In this document: positions 49,641-63,393 of the stretch, one piece after another
Layout: each line of letters starts with the position of its first letter
How positions within the stretch are numbered: position 1 is the stretch's first letter
Source of the DNA: Octopus sinensis
Taxonomy: Eukaryota
DNA: 64,000 nucleotides
Assembly (NCBI RefSeq): GCF_006345805.1
Contig: NC_042997.1
Coordinates: forward strand, 157,232,001 to 157,296,000
Direction of reading: 5' to 3'
Notes under the pieces: generated by a model
Databases searched by the model: none
Seen by the model: only the letters and a program-made list of their open reading frames with translations
What the model was told of the DNA's origin: nothing
Program-made: the position numbers and the translations under genes

Positions 49641-51103
49641 TTTATTGAAATGTTTTAATCTTACGTAATGGATGTATTTCCTATTATATATCACATAAAT
49701 CTGAAACGTTCGTATTAAATGATTTCAAAAGACCACTGTTTGGTTTAAATTCATTATTGTAACTTACATATATGTGTGTATATGTGTATCTGTGCGAGTG
49801 CGTGAGCGAATGTGTGTGTGTGTGTGTATGTGTTTGTGTACATATGTAAGTATTGATATGCGTGTATTTATGTATGTGTAGTCTTGTGGACTTCCGTATT
49901 GCAGAAAAACACTACTGTTAACTAGAATCAGAATATAATCAATATTGGCTTGCGGAGTGAGAGGGTAAACTAACGAGTGATCCGTATATCAAACTTAGTT
50001 CTAATTTATGCTTGGGAATTGTTTAATTTCATTTACTGCACTAATAGTTTTATAAATATCTGAAAACCTTATCTCTTCTTGCCTTGTGCCAATGTAAGAC
50101 ATCAGATATTGAATAGTAGTTCAGGTTAAATTATCTTTTAATCCTCCAGTGTCGATAAAATAAGTAGCAATTATAATCCAGGGGAATCAAGCAGCGATAA
50201 TACAGCTCCCTATCTATCTTACTTATCCCCACATAATTCTGCGAGAATCACGTAAGTATGTGATAGTAAGCATAAGTCCTATAGCAAGTTTGGATTGGAA
50301 AGGATTTATAACTTAAATAAGTTTGTTAGTTATTTTGAAATTTAATTACTGAAGCGGGCACCAATAGTCTGTAGTAAATTATATCATTAAACATAGTCAT
50401 CATCGTATTTTATTGAGTAGAAAAGCATCTGGGATTTGTACAATAACAACATTTTGGGGGACTGACTAGGAAATGTGTTTGAATGTGTCTGTTTGTGTGT
50501 ATGTATGTGTGTGTGAGTGAGTGTGCGTGTATGTGTTTATTTTTTATAAGTATATATTTAAATTATAATCATATATATTATTTGAATTCTTCCTACAATG
50601 AAGGACCTGGTTTCTAACAAAGAAACGAAGTCCTTTCTCTTGGAGTTTGGTTAACAAACAACAATATTTACTTATGCTGAACTTTAAAAATGTCATGCAC
50701 ATTTTTATGCGCTTACGTGTAAAGTATCATTTCTTTGGTCGGTTTCTTTGTCTAATTAATCAGAACACAAAAGTTTGCAGATTTCGAAGCAGTTCTCTAT
50801 AAATAATTTCCTACTTGGGAATTTTGGAAGATATGTTCACATCTGCAAGAGAGCTGACCACCATGCCTGTATATCACTTTCCTTTTTTCTCTCAATTCTC
50901 ACGTCAGTTCTGGTTGTCCTGAGTGGGAGTCCTAAGTGGAAGTCACCATTATTCCTTGTGTTGATGTGTATGAAATGTATGAATGATATGTGTGTGAATG
51001 TGAAAATATAATATATATCTGCATGCACATACAGATATATGTGTATGTGTATCTGTGCGAGTGCGTGAGCGAATGTGTGTGTGTGTGTGTATGTGTACAT
51101 ATG

Positions 51104-51181
51104 TACATATACATATCTATAGATGTATATATTATGCATAGATATATATATATACATCTATCTATATATCTATCTATCAGT

Positions 51182-51244
<63 letters not shown>

Positions 51245-51525
51245 AAGCAATATATACATACATATATATATATATATATTATGGCCGTCCATTCGTGACC
51301 GAGGGAGATCATTGCTTACCTTCAGCAGAGTTCAGCAACGCCCATGCAGAGTTTTAGATCCAATAAGGCTTGCACGACACCTCATAGACTCTCTCCACTT
51401 TATTGACATTATCCAGAGACAAGCCGGAGCAAGATGTCTGGTACCAATCTGAGTCGCAGGCTCAGGGATGTGGGAGCACCATGATCTCTTGCACAACCCA
51501 AAGATCCCCAAAATTTCCAATGCCA
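51104..51525 (+). repeat. ~420-bp direct duplication, second copy 54943-55367
   Basis: Unique part atggccgtcc...tttccaatgcca appears identical; the interrupted microsatellite upstream is shared too. Confidence 0.95.
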
Positions 51526-51750
51526 ATACACATATCAGCAAAAACATCACTCAGGTAAGTGCAGAAGTGTAAGTATCTCAAGCCATATTTACGAGTGTTT
51601 GGAAGCATGAGGTTGAATTGAATGATAAAATTGCAGCTCCAGTATTCAATCTTCAGAAGAAGAGAGGTTGGATCTAAGCTGATTTCTTCCAGAAAGCATA
51701 AGAGGCACAAACAGACAAACCGAGAAAGAAACAAATAGCAACTGCAACAA
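51281..51750 (+). mobile_element. Probable 5' fragment of an RTE-type LINE or non-autonomous derivative
   Basis: Non-coding GC-balanced block starting tggccgtccattcgtgaccgagggagatcatt and ending in ...DKPRKKQIATAT, where an endonuclease ATWNVRT motif would begin; recollected resemblance only. Confidence 0.35.
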
Positions 51751-51841
51751 CAATATAGATAAAAGTTTTGTGACTTGAGTGATAGATTAACTGCTTAAAT
51801 TTTCTGGATTTACTAATCAAGCAGCTGTGTTTTTTCATTAA

Positions 51842-52030
51842 ACGGCGAACCGGCAGAATAGTTAGCACGCTGGACTAAAATGCTTAGCACTTCTCCCGGC
51901 TTTTTATTCTGAGTTCAAATTTTGCCCAGGTCAGCTTTGTCTTTCGTCCTTTCGAAGTTGATACAAATATCAGTCAAGTAATGGAGTCGATGCAATCGAC
52001 ATGCCCCTACCTCTTAAAATTGCTCTATTT
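51842..52030 (+). mobile_element. SINE family B, old diverged copy
   Basis: ggcgaaccggcagaatagttagcacg...ctgagttcaaattttgcc-aggtcagctttgtctttcgtcctttcg. Confidence 0.8.
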
Positions 52031-52425
52031 TGAATCCTTAAAGGACCAGCGCTCCGTTCAGGGAGGAATGTGATCTCGGTCCCATATACACCAGGGAAAC
52101 CGGCCTTAAGGAGTCCTAAGGCTCGAAAAAATATCTAGAACTCTTTATTATGATGCTAAATTCACACATTGTGTGTTTCAATGTTAAGACTAACTTTTGT
52201 TTACAGACGAATTTACTGTCAATTCTACTAAGCATAAAATGCCGATTTGGTTTGAAGTAGAACATCAGCAAGTGTTGGACTGATTCAGCCTATACCAGGG
52301 GTTATTGCCAAATTGCTTAGTAAGAACCAGATATATTTTTAAATGTTTAAGAGCGGCAATATATATTTTTAAAACTTAAGAGCACTACTAACGCAGTAGC
52401 ACACAGTATTGACTTATAAAATCGT

Positions 52426-52658
52426 AAGGCAGCGAGCTGGTAGAATCGTTAGCATGCCGGGCGAAATGCGTAGCCGTATTTCGTCTGCCGTTCGTTCTGA
52501 GTTCAAATTCCGCCGAGGTCGACTTTGCCTTTCATCCTTTCGGGGTCGATAAATTAAGTACCAGTTACGCACTGGGGTCGATATAATCGACTTAATCCGT
52601 TTGTCTGTCCTTGTTTGTCCCCTCTGTGTTTATCCCCTTGTGGGTAGTAAGGAAATAG
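52426..52658 (+). mobile_element. Young full-length SINE family B with a perfect 20-bp TSD
   Basis: gtattgacttataaaatcgt at 52406-52425 and 52659-52678. Confidence 0.95.
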
Positions 52659-53387
52659 GTATTGACTTATAAAATCGTTTAATATACTCTGTAGTATATT
52701 ATGGTTCCATAACGAAATGCCTTGTCCCTACAAGTCATTAATATCTATGTACCAGCTTCCAGGAAGATTTTAAAAATCCCATTCATAAATAAGAAAATAT
52801 AATGCTACATAATTTTTCTTACGAAAGTATACTGAATAATACTTACTCGTTCAAAGCTTTTATTGAGTCTTAATGTTTTTCGGTTAGTACTTTAAATTCC
52901 GGCTGGTAGAATGTTAAAACCGTTTACGAATAAAATAGCACTAATATTCAATATTATCTCGAGAGTCGCACATGGTTACTTTGAGAGTAACAGTTTGGAC
53001 ACCGTTGTTCTCGACAGTTGTAGTTTGCAGGATCATAATTGAGTAGAGTTACTCACAAGCATCTTGTTTAATAATAAAGGTATGTGCCTAGCTTCAGTTA
53101 TCACATGATTAAGATTGTACTACGGCTTTATGAGAATAAAACTAATCACGCCAAAGAGAGCATTTTCAAAACTATCTCTTTTTTTTTATATCTTTGTATC
53201 CAACTACTAAGTGAAGTACTTGTCTTTTTATTGCCTGGGGGAGGTGCATTTGCCCAATATTATCAACGATTCTGAGATTCTAAAAGCCCTCTCAACCAAA
53301 TTTCAACATGACAATTCTTGGTATGATAAGTCTATGACAGGATAAAACAATAAAGTTTTAACGGTCTCAAGAGAGATTGAGAGAAGA

Positions 53388-53421
<34 letters not shown>

Positions 53422-55018
53422 AAAAGAGGGCGATAGGAGATAGAGACATGTACTCCCTGGATAGAACAATCGACTGATTTTCTTCTATTGTGGCGTGATT
53501 TTTATTTTTCGTGTGGATTATCTGCAAATTATATATATCATGTTGAATACACCGTGTAACAATAATAATTTGGTCACGTTGATTATAAGCAACGTAAGCT
53601 CGGTGTTATGCATATTTAATGCTGGTATCTTAACAGTTACATACAAAATTGGTAACTACATATTTATCATTTAATGCTTGTTGAGAACATTATATTTATT
53701 GTGTTTCGTATTTTATCTTTTAGTCAAGAAGGAAGGCTAAACGAACGACCCTTTACAACCTCCATAATTAGTGGAAGGGAAGGAAGAACGTATCTTCAAA
53801 CTGGAGACCCGATTCGAATGCGTGCAACAGGCTGGACTCGAAACAACGTAGTTCACTGTGCTGCTGCATTTTTCTTGATAAAATACATAGTTACCCTTTT
53901 CTAGAAGACCAATCTATCACCAACTAAATTTACCCACAAAGGGAAAGAAGTGAACTCAGCCATACACTTTAACAAATCTCTCGTCGATTTGTCTTCTATA
54001 CTACTAAGTGACCAAGTAGTTAGAAATTTAGCTTTACGATCACTTGATTTCACATTGTTTCAGTCTACTAGCAGTAAATGAGCAGTAAATGAGAGTTAAC
54101 AAGCAGCGAACTGGCCTACCGTCCAGCGGAGAATTTATACTGTGTCTCTTATATACTACAGAAACAAGTATAAGATCCTGCCAAATGAGTCTGTAGGCTC
54201 GAGGTAAATTCCTGCAATGAAGAATTATTAGAGCCAATGGGTATTTATGCGGTGACTTGGTTTTTTTTATATATTGCAGCTAAAGTTTCAAATTGCAGTT
54301 TCAGCTTAAAAAACGAAGGGCACGCATAATAAGTGTTCTGGTTTTATCCCAACAAAAAGAACAACACAAACAAACCACTATCGCTGAAACACTGAAAGCC
54401 TTTAGCTCTACATACATCTCACATAATAATTGCTTTGTTTCTATATTATAAACCATTATTAGCAGTGCTGAAAGTGGTACATCTCACTAAGGAGGCGAAA
54501 TCATTCAGAAACCGCTAAAATTGCTAGTAATTTGGTGTGTTTCAACGCAACAAAGTCTAGAGTAACAAATTTGTTTTCCGAAACAAAGTCAAGCAGCAAA
54601 TACCATTCAAATTTCAATGTGCAAGAACGTGTTAAAAATAAATGTACACGTCTTATTTTGATCCTCGCAGCTTCCTGTGTTTATATGCACATACAGACGT
54701 ATATGTATACTTAAACATACACATTTGCAAATATCAATTACATATATTAATATTTATATTTTTATTAGTTGCGTTTTGAATTCTAAGCGATCAGAATCAA
54801 AATGGAATTAAATTTGCACAACTCACCAAAGCTACGTGTAACAAATTCTACTTTCAAAAGTATCTAGAAGCTTATGCATGCATACATACATGTACGTATA
54901 CATACATGCATACATACGCACACATGTATATACATATATATATACATATACATATCTATAGATGTATATATTATGCATAGATATATATATATACATCTAT
55001 CTATGTATCTATCTATCA

Positions 55019-55063
<45 letters not shown>

Positions 55064-55491
55064 TATATATATATATATATATATGTATAAGCAATATATA
55101 CATACATATATATATATATATTATGGCCGTCCATTCGTGACCGAGGGAGATCATTGCTTACCTTCAGCAGAGTTCAGCAACGCCCATGCAGAGTTTTAGA
55201 TCCAATAAGGCTTGCACGACACCTCATAGACTCTCTCCACTTTATTGACATTATCCAGAGACAAGCCGGAGCAAGATGTCTGGTACCAATCTGAGTCGCA
55301 GGCTCAGGGATGTGGGAGCACCATGATCTCTTGCACAACCCAAAGATCCCCAAAATTTCCAATGCCATTCCCTGTATATCTGTTTTTTTTTTTTTTTATA
55401 TCAGAGTGAATATCTCTTAGAGACATGCTTCAACAGAAGCTGAGGGATACCTTACTCCCAGTGGTCTTTCAGCACGCCGGACACCATCCTG

Positions 55492-55536
<45 letters not shown>

Positions 55537-55859
55537 ATAAAATTGGACCCCGTTTTTGAAGCTCTGATGATGATATAAGTTAATACATAAGCACTCAACC
55601 TCGAATGCTTTGCATCTTGTAGCAGAAACATCCGTAAACTAATGAAGTTCATGACATAATTTCTTATTCCCTTGTTACACACACGTATACATGAATATAT
55701 ATCTATATGTATATTTGTGTATGTATTCATTGTTGGGTTCTTGACACCTCTCTGGTCATTAAAGACATGCATGAGACAGCTTTCTAGTACTTCAGCGTTC
55801 TAAATTGCTCTATAATTTTGTATAATATATGTCTTATTTCTACGCAGGCCGATACAGTG

Positions 55860-56312
55860 GTGGATTGAAGGTAAATATTCAAACGTTCGATCAACTGAAT
55901 TGCCTTCGTGTAAAGTAGTTGAACAGTCCGCGATATGTGTAGTCTTAACGTTATTCCCAGGCAGAATCAGCGTGACACAGTGTATGACAAAGTTATACCT
56001 TTCGAATTACAAGCACAATCCAGTCGAGGGAATAAGGAACACTCCGTCGGTTACGACGACGAGGGTCCCAGCTAATACGATGAATGGAACAGCTTGCTCG
56101 GGAAATTTACGTGCAAGTGGCTGAGCACTCCCCATCCACGTGTACTCTTAACGTAGTTCGCAAGGTTTCAGCGTGACACAGAGTGTGACAAGACTGGCCC
56201 TTTTGAAATACAGGTACTACTCATTTTTGCCAGCTGAGTGGACTCAGGACAAAACGCGTCGCCGGGAATTGAACTCACAACCTTACGATCATGAGCCGAA
56301 TTCCTTAACCGC
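55860..56312 (-). mobile_element. SINE family C, long variant with a duplicated 3' segment
   Basis: Head on minus at ~56270-56312; cagcgtgacacag occurs at ~55968 and ~56170. Confidence 0.75.
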
Positions 56313-56534
56313 CCTCACCATAAGGAATAAGTTATTCGACGATATATAATATGACAATCACAGAAGTTGTCATGCAACGAGCTGAAGTCTGGCATCTCGC
56401 AGTTGCCGAGCGAACTTCTTGATCATTCGGCCGTACTGCTCCTACAATAAAAAAAAATGTGCCAATACAAATTCACATTGGTCGCTTACGACCAAACACA
56501 CCCTCTATAACTATAAACACTAGTATAGTGTTTA

Positions 56535-57110
56535 TAGTAATATTACAGGCACAAACACATGTACACATATATCTCTTGCACGAATGAAGATCCAGTCATT
56601 CTACATTACTTCCGATCAGTCTTAATTCATTATTTTCAAAATGACTCAGAAAAACACGTATTCTTTCGTTACTCCTGATTTTTCTTTCTTTCTCCTACAA
56701 TTTTCCTTCGCTCGAAACGTCTAAGATAGATTTTTCCTTTAGAAATCTTTCACTGAGTCTATGCATTCACACCAAAGCACACAGACGCTATGATTATACA
56801 CTCATAATGAGTTCCCAACGGATACAGTAATATTAAATATACAAACACATGTGCATATATATCCCTTGAACGAATGAAAACTCAGTCTTTCTATCTTACT
56901 TCTGGTCATACTAAATTCCCCACTTTCAAAAGGACCTTACTCAGAACAGCACATATTCTTTCGTTACTCTTGATTTTTCTTTCCTTCCCCTACAATTTTC
57001 CTTTCTCTGTGTAAATTGATGAAAAAATTTTGCTCGAAACGTCTAAGAAACTTTCCCTTAGTTAATCTTTTACGGAGCGTTAAACAAATAATTGTTATGA
57101 TTACACTAAT
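56535..57110 (+). repeat. Two diverged tandem ~290-bp units, each with a hammerhead relic (family H3)
   Basis: acaaacacatgt, attctttcgttactc-tgatttttcttt and gctcgaaacgtctaaga each occur twice about 290-330 bp apart; unit 2 keeps ttgatga upstream of gaaacgtc. Confidence 0.8.
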
Positions 57111-57519
57111 AATTTCTAGTTGTCTTCAGTCCTGTTAAGCTTAACGTAAATATTCAATCTACATATAGGTGTATGCGACAAGTGTTTATTTGAGATACCA
57201 GATGAATTCACTTTGCAGCAAGAAACACAAATGACAGCAACAATGTTCATCTCTTTCATTGAGCAAAATTAACAATGAAGAGATGACTGTGGAAACGAAA
57301 TAGAAGAAAAAAAAATTACGCCAATGGTAGTGTTCCAGGAGGACTATAGTCCCTGGAGGAAAGAGATAAAAAAATAAAGCAAACACCCAGATAAGTGTGT
57401 GTGTATTTGTAATGTGTATATGTGTAAGAATGTGTTATGAGTGTTTATAATATCGCGTGTGCTTCGTTGTCGATTTTTTTTCCTCCGTCTTCTCTTCCTT
57501 GGATCTTTCCTTTTCCTAT

Positions 57520-57554
57520 GTTTCTGATGAAGAGTTCCACTTGAAACGTTAAAT
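57520..57554 (+). ncRNA. Minimal type I hammerhead motif (family H2 copy 57454-57656)
   Basis: guuu-CUGAUGA-A-GAG-uucca-CUU-GAAAC-GUU-aaau. Confidence 0.7.
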
Positions 57555-57654
57555 CCTCCTTCCTTCTTTCCTTTCCTGAGCGTCCAATAACAACATACTT
57601 GTTCCACGTCCTCGCGTTGTCGTGTTTTCTCTTTGTGTTTTCATGTATGGATTA

Positions 57655-57897
<243 letters not shown>

Positions 57898-57961
57898 ACT
57901 TTGATACTTTGATAGGTTTCGGCCATTATTGGCCCAGGCCATGTCTAACTTAATAGCACCA
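57898..57961 (-). mobile_element. Extreme 3' tail of the CR1-type LINE (another at ~15481-15535)
   Basis: Minus ggtgctattaagttagacatggcctgggccaataatggccgaaacctatcaaagtatcaa matches 20351-20410. Confidence 0.7.
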
Positions 57962-58569
57962 TATAATATATTGTCAATAAAAAAGGGTAAAATTAATTAA
58001 TTATTAATTAATTCGACCGAACAGTGTTCGGTATGTAAAACGACCATATATATGTATATATACATATATAAATATATGTATATATACATACATATATGCA
58101 TGTATAGATATATATGTATATAATTATATATATATATATGCATGTATGAATTTTTGTGTGTATGTGTGTGTATATATTTTAGACTCGGGCGTGTAAGTTT
58201 GTTTTTGCGAGTATACATGTTTGTTGAGTTTTGCTTTTAAAAATACGTAAAGAAGATGGTCCGCGTGCGTGTGTGTGCGTGAGTGTGCGTGAGTGTGCGT
58301 GAGTGTGCGTTTGTATGAATGCGTATGCGTGTGTACACACACGTACACATTCCTACACACCTATGTTTGTAGAACTGTAATCTGTAATCCGTTCTTTTCT
58401 AAATGTCTCTATGTGTTTTATGTGTGTGTGTCTTGTTACTTGTGTACAACTGTTTGTGTACATCTGTAAGTGTTTGCACGTGTGTTTAAGTAATTCTGTG
58501 TGTTAAAATGTTATTAACTTGTGCATGTGTATGAGTGTATTTTTGTTTTTGGTCTAGACGTCTTCATAT

Positions 58570-58600
<31 letters not shown>

Positions 58601-58634
58601 TACATATATACATATATACATATATATATATATG

Positions 58635-58684
<50 letters not shown>

Positions 58685-58707
58685 ATATGTATATATTATA
58701 TATATAT

Positions 58708-58740
<33 letters not shown>

Positions 58741-58760
58741 TATATATATGTATATATATG

Positions 58761-58795
<35 letters not shown>

Positions 58796-58837
58796 GTATG
58801 TATGTATATATATATGTATATATATATATTATGTATA

Positions 58838-58894
<57 letters not shown>

Positions 58895-59169
58895 CATTAA
58901 TGTGGTTGATGTGTGTGTGTGTATGCGTAAGTGTAAGGGGACGTCTTGCGTTTATACAAGCATGTATATAATATGCATGTAGCTATGTATATATGTTCGG
59001 GGTATGTATTTGTGTATGTATATATATTCGTACGTATTTATAAGTGTGGGTATTTGAGTGTGTCTGTATCTGCAGTTCTGTTTACGTGTTTGTGCGTATG
59101 CGTTTGCGTCACTGTTTACTGACGTATGCATGTATGTGAGTATATGCTTATGTGCTTGCGCACGCGTCT

Positions 59170-59500
59170 GCTTGCGTATGTGTGTACGTATGTATGTATG
59201 TATGTTTGTATGTATGTATGTATGTATGTATGCATGTATGTATGTATGTATGCATGTGTGCATGTATGTATGTATGTATGTATGTATGTATGTATGTATG
59301 TATTATGTATGTAAGTATGTATGTATGTATGTATGTATGTATATGTATGTATGTATGTATGTAGTATGTATGTATGTATGTATGTATGTATGTATGTATG
59401 TATGTATGTACGTATGTATGTATGTAGTATGTATGTATGCATGTATGTATGTATGTATGTATGTATGTATGTATGTATGTATGTATGTATGTATGTACGT
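59170..59500. repeat. (ATGT)n microsatellite
   Basis: Directly visible; source of the MYVC/HTYI ORFs. Confidence 0.95.
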
Positions 59501-60031
59501 ACGTGTGCGTGTGTGTGAGTGAATGTTGGTGTTATACGTGTTGATGAGCGGGTCGGCGTAATGACGGGGAAGTAGGCAAGATTTTTGTTGGGGCTGGAAG
59601 TAGCGGGGACGTCATGACGGTGGCATAGAATTGAATTGCTTGCGCTGGAATAACTAATGGCGCCATTATGACTGCTCGGGTTCCGTGACTCTCTATCAAC
59701 TTCACAGATGGCAGTGCAGTCGGCAGCGGAAGGGCTCACCACTTCTAAGCCAGCCCATCTGATGCTATCAACGATGGAACTTGTTGTTAAGGGGACTACT
59801 ATTACATTAGTACAAAAGCAAAAAAAGCAAGAACCGTTTCATATAGACTGCTTGTTTTTTTTTTTTTATTTCATTTAGTTTTTAAGGTTAATTTTTCTCT
59901 TTCACTTTTCTTTTTCATACGTCTATGCTAACGTATTGCGTGGGTGCATGTGTACGTTTGTGCAAATGCCCCATTCATCTCCTCATGTATTATATGAATA
60001 TACGTAGAAACATATATGTGTATATGTGTGT

Positions 60032-60086
<55 letters not shown>

Positions 60087-60097
60087 ACACACACACA

Positions 60098-60142
<45 letters not shown>

Positions 60143-60266
60143 ATATATATATATGCATATGTGTGTGTGTGAAAACATGTGGATACCTATTTGTAAATAC
60201 ATGTGTGCATATATTTAGGTATATATATATGTATATGCATATATATGTGAGCGTATATGTTTATAC

Positions 60267-60620
60267 GTGGCTGTGTGGTAAGAAGCTTACTTTCCAACCA
60301 CATGATTCGAGGTTCAAGTCTGGAGCCAACCAAAGTCTTGAGGGTGGATTTGGGGGACGGAAGCTGAAAGAATCCCGTTGTATGCACATATAATGTGTGT
60401 ATCATTATATCTATATTTGTTCTCCTCCATCGCTTGAAAAGCGATGTTGGTGTGTTTACGTCTCCTTAATCTAGCGGTTCGGCAAAAGTAACCGATAGAA
60501 TAAATACCGGGCTTGTAATTAAAATTAGTGCTGGAGTCGGTGTGATCGACTAAAATTGTTTAAGGCAGTGCCCCAGCAGAGCTGCACTCTGATGACTGAA
60601 CAATTAAAAGAATGAAAGAA
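60267..60620 (+). mobile_element. SINE family A copy
   Basis: gtggctgtgtggtaagaagcttac...gcggttcggcaaaag...gatgactgaacaattaaaagaatgaaagaa. Confidence 0.85.
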
Positions 60621-61821
60621 TTTCTAATGGGAAATTCTTAAGATTTCTATCTAAGATGCAAAACTTTGTAATTCCTATTAGCAAATGAAACTTGTGTAAT
60701 GGTGAATAAATAATAGAGAAAAAATTCCAATTTCCTGTTTTGTTATACAGTAACTCTGTCTCTACATCTGTCTCTGTCTGTTTGCCTCTCTCTTTACCTC
60801 TCTCTCCATATATGCATACATACACACATACACATACCATACACGCACACTCACATAAGCACACACACACACATACACATGCACGCACATACATAGCGAC
60901 ACATACGCTAAGTCAGAGCTCTGAGATTAAGAATTTCATTGCGCAACAACATGAGCCTGGTCTCAGAGATGTTGGGCCTGTGTTTTCAATGATAGCTTCA
61001 GATTAACCAATGTTTCTTGAGGGAAATTGATAGGCAGAAACCGTGCGGAAGCCCATCGTAATGTGTGCTTGTGTGTATGAACTTCTTAATTACATAGAAA
61101 TGACTATACCTTTATCAATCAAAGTGTTTGCAAACATGTGTGCACATGTGTGTGTGTGCGTGCGTGCGCGCATGCATGTTTGTATGTATTTGCCGGAGCA
61201 TGCCCAGGGTTCAATGACTTAATCCAATAAACACACACACACACACACAGAGTACATGAGAGAAAGAGAATGGAATTTACGAAATTCTTTACTATTCACT
61301 ACGATCGTTTCAACCCATCGTGCACCGGTTCCTCGCGGCAAGTTACCTGATGATATACATCTGCATCTTCGATGCACACCAACAACTGTTTGTATAGTAT
61401 TTCACTGTTGTATAGTATTTTACTTTTGTATAGTATTTCACTACACGAAATAATGGTAAAACAAATCCGCAGTATCCCAATAAGGGCACACAATTGATAA
61501 AGGCTGTTCACCACTTTTCTTCATTCTACGGAGAAATAGTTAAATTTGGCATGTTTGTCTACAACGTACGTTTAGCCACACACGCACACACACATACATA
61601 TATACAAGTCCACATATACTAAAGTATATACATATGATTATGTTGTCACATACATTATCAGTCATATCTACTTCTCAACGCATACTTTCTCTCACGCACG
61701 CACACATGAGCCCGCATGCAGACACAAAAACGTATGTAAATACACACGTCTATACACTTCTTACTTTTCACCCTATGTATGAATGTATGCATGAAAATGT
61801 TAATGTATGCACACACACATA

Positions 61822-62590
61822 CAAGGGCGTATCCAAAAGAAATCGGAACTTTGCAATATTTTATTCACTTAGTTCTACATGTTTCCACCGTTATCATCTT
61901 CAAAATATTCTCCAGTTGAAGTAACGCATTGGTGTAGACGCGTTTTCCACTATTCGGAGCAGTGCTGGAACTCTTGCGGAATGATGCCTTTTAACACCGC
62001 CATCGTTTTTTTTTTCTTCACCTCTTCCACATCTGCAAATTCCGTAGCACCAGCTTTCGTCCCCAGTGATCACCTTCGAAAAAAGGTCCGGGTCAACTTC
62101 GGACTGTTCTTTCAGTTCACGATGTGCATTTAGCCGTGACTGCTTTTGATCTTCCTTGAGCAAGCGAAGCGCAAATTTTGCTGCAACTCTTTTCATTCGC
62201 AATTCCGCGCTCAAAATTCGTCGGCAGGAGCTCCAGGACACACCAGTTATATCAACAAGTTCGTCAATTGTTCGGAAACGGTCCTCCAGAATCAGTTCAT
62301 TAATTTTTCATGATATTTTTCATTTCTTCGGTAGGAAGACGGTGGGCCTAAACGAGATTAGTCTTCAAGCAACAAGTGACTATACCTAAAGCGTGAAAAC
62401 CACTTGAATGTTTGTGTTTTGCTCATGGCAACGTCCTTGTATGCTGTTTGAAGCATGACAACTGTTTCGGCCGCCGGTTTCCCCCGCTGAAAACAGAATT
62501 TCACTGAAGCAAAACTTGACGAACTGGGGAGAAGCACTACAAAACATAAATGCACCATGTGGCAGTATGACCTTACTAGACAACGCCGGT
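61822..62590 (-). mobile_element. Internally deleted mariner transposon relic
   Basis: TA-caagggcgtatccaaaagaaatcggaact end; minus-strand KFCFQRGKPAAETVVMLQTAYKDVAMSKTQTFKWFSRF and RILSAELRMKRVAAKF...VITGDESWCYG joined directly to the C-terminus; far TIR not seen. Confidence 0.85.
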
Positions 62591-63393
62591 CAGTATATTG
62601 ATGTCTGAGGGTAGCATCAAGTTGCTTCTAGCGGCGAAAACCTGAACTACAACGGGCTTGTCCCACAGAGAACGTTTCCGGTTATTTTTGGCTACCTTCT
62701 CGTACATACACACACATGTGAACGTGCTGTTCTGAATTCATATGGATGTATGATCTAGATGCTTTTGGTTATAAACACCTTATGCAGACACACTTTCACA
62801 CACACACATTAACTCACGCATGCGCGAATATACAAGCACACACATACACGCCGATCTAGACATATAACAGTCGAATTGATATATATTCTTTGCAAATAAT
62901 TATGAGCTGTTTGCATGAGGATGTGCATACATTTGTCTATTTGTGTGTCCCCGTGTATCTCTGTTCCTGCACAAGTGCACATGAGAGCTTGTATACCAAC
63001 ACACCCTAGCATGCGCGTGTGTATGCTTGTGTTTGTACGTATGTGTGTATTACTTGAACTACAAAAGTAAAGATATTCAGGAGATATAACATATGCTACA
63101 AAGTTGGCAAACTCTCTCATTAAAGAGTATCTTACGTAGGTTTTATTTCTACATTTTACAAGAGTTTTAGTTCTAATTTATTTCTGTTATTATGGGTTAG
63201 TTTAGCTTATGAATTAGCACCGAGTAGCAAATTCCCTCTTGTTTTAAACTCATATACTGCTTTTATGGAGTAATTTACTGGGAGTGGTTGATGAGGGCTC
63301 TTAATATTTTTCGTAGACTTCTTAAAACGACTCCAAGTCTGCAGTCAAATGTTACCAGATGAACGAACACTTGTTAATATAACATTATGTAAC

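Noticed and set aside
51674-51868. Minus ORF ending in a TM-like tail VAICFFLGLSVCASYAFWKKSA after ttgttgcag
   Set aside because: Overlaps the antisense of the RTE-like fragment, where a purine-rich plus strand yields hydrophobic codons; no upstream exons found
53674-53904. 76-aa ORF with acceptor-like ttttag at 53723
   Set aside because: No known motif and no strong donor; left unsupported
57915-57940. GGCC-aataat-GGCC-GAAAC (minus) resembling hammerhead stem II
   Set aside because: No CUGANGA core; it matches the 3' tail stem-loop of the CR1-type LINE at 20371-20400
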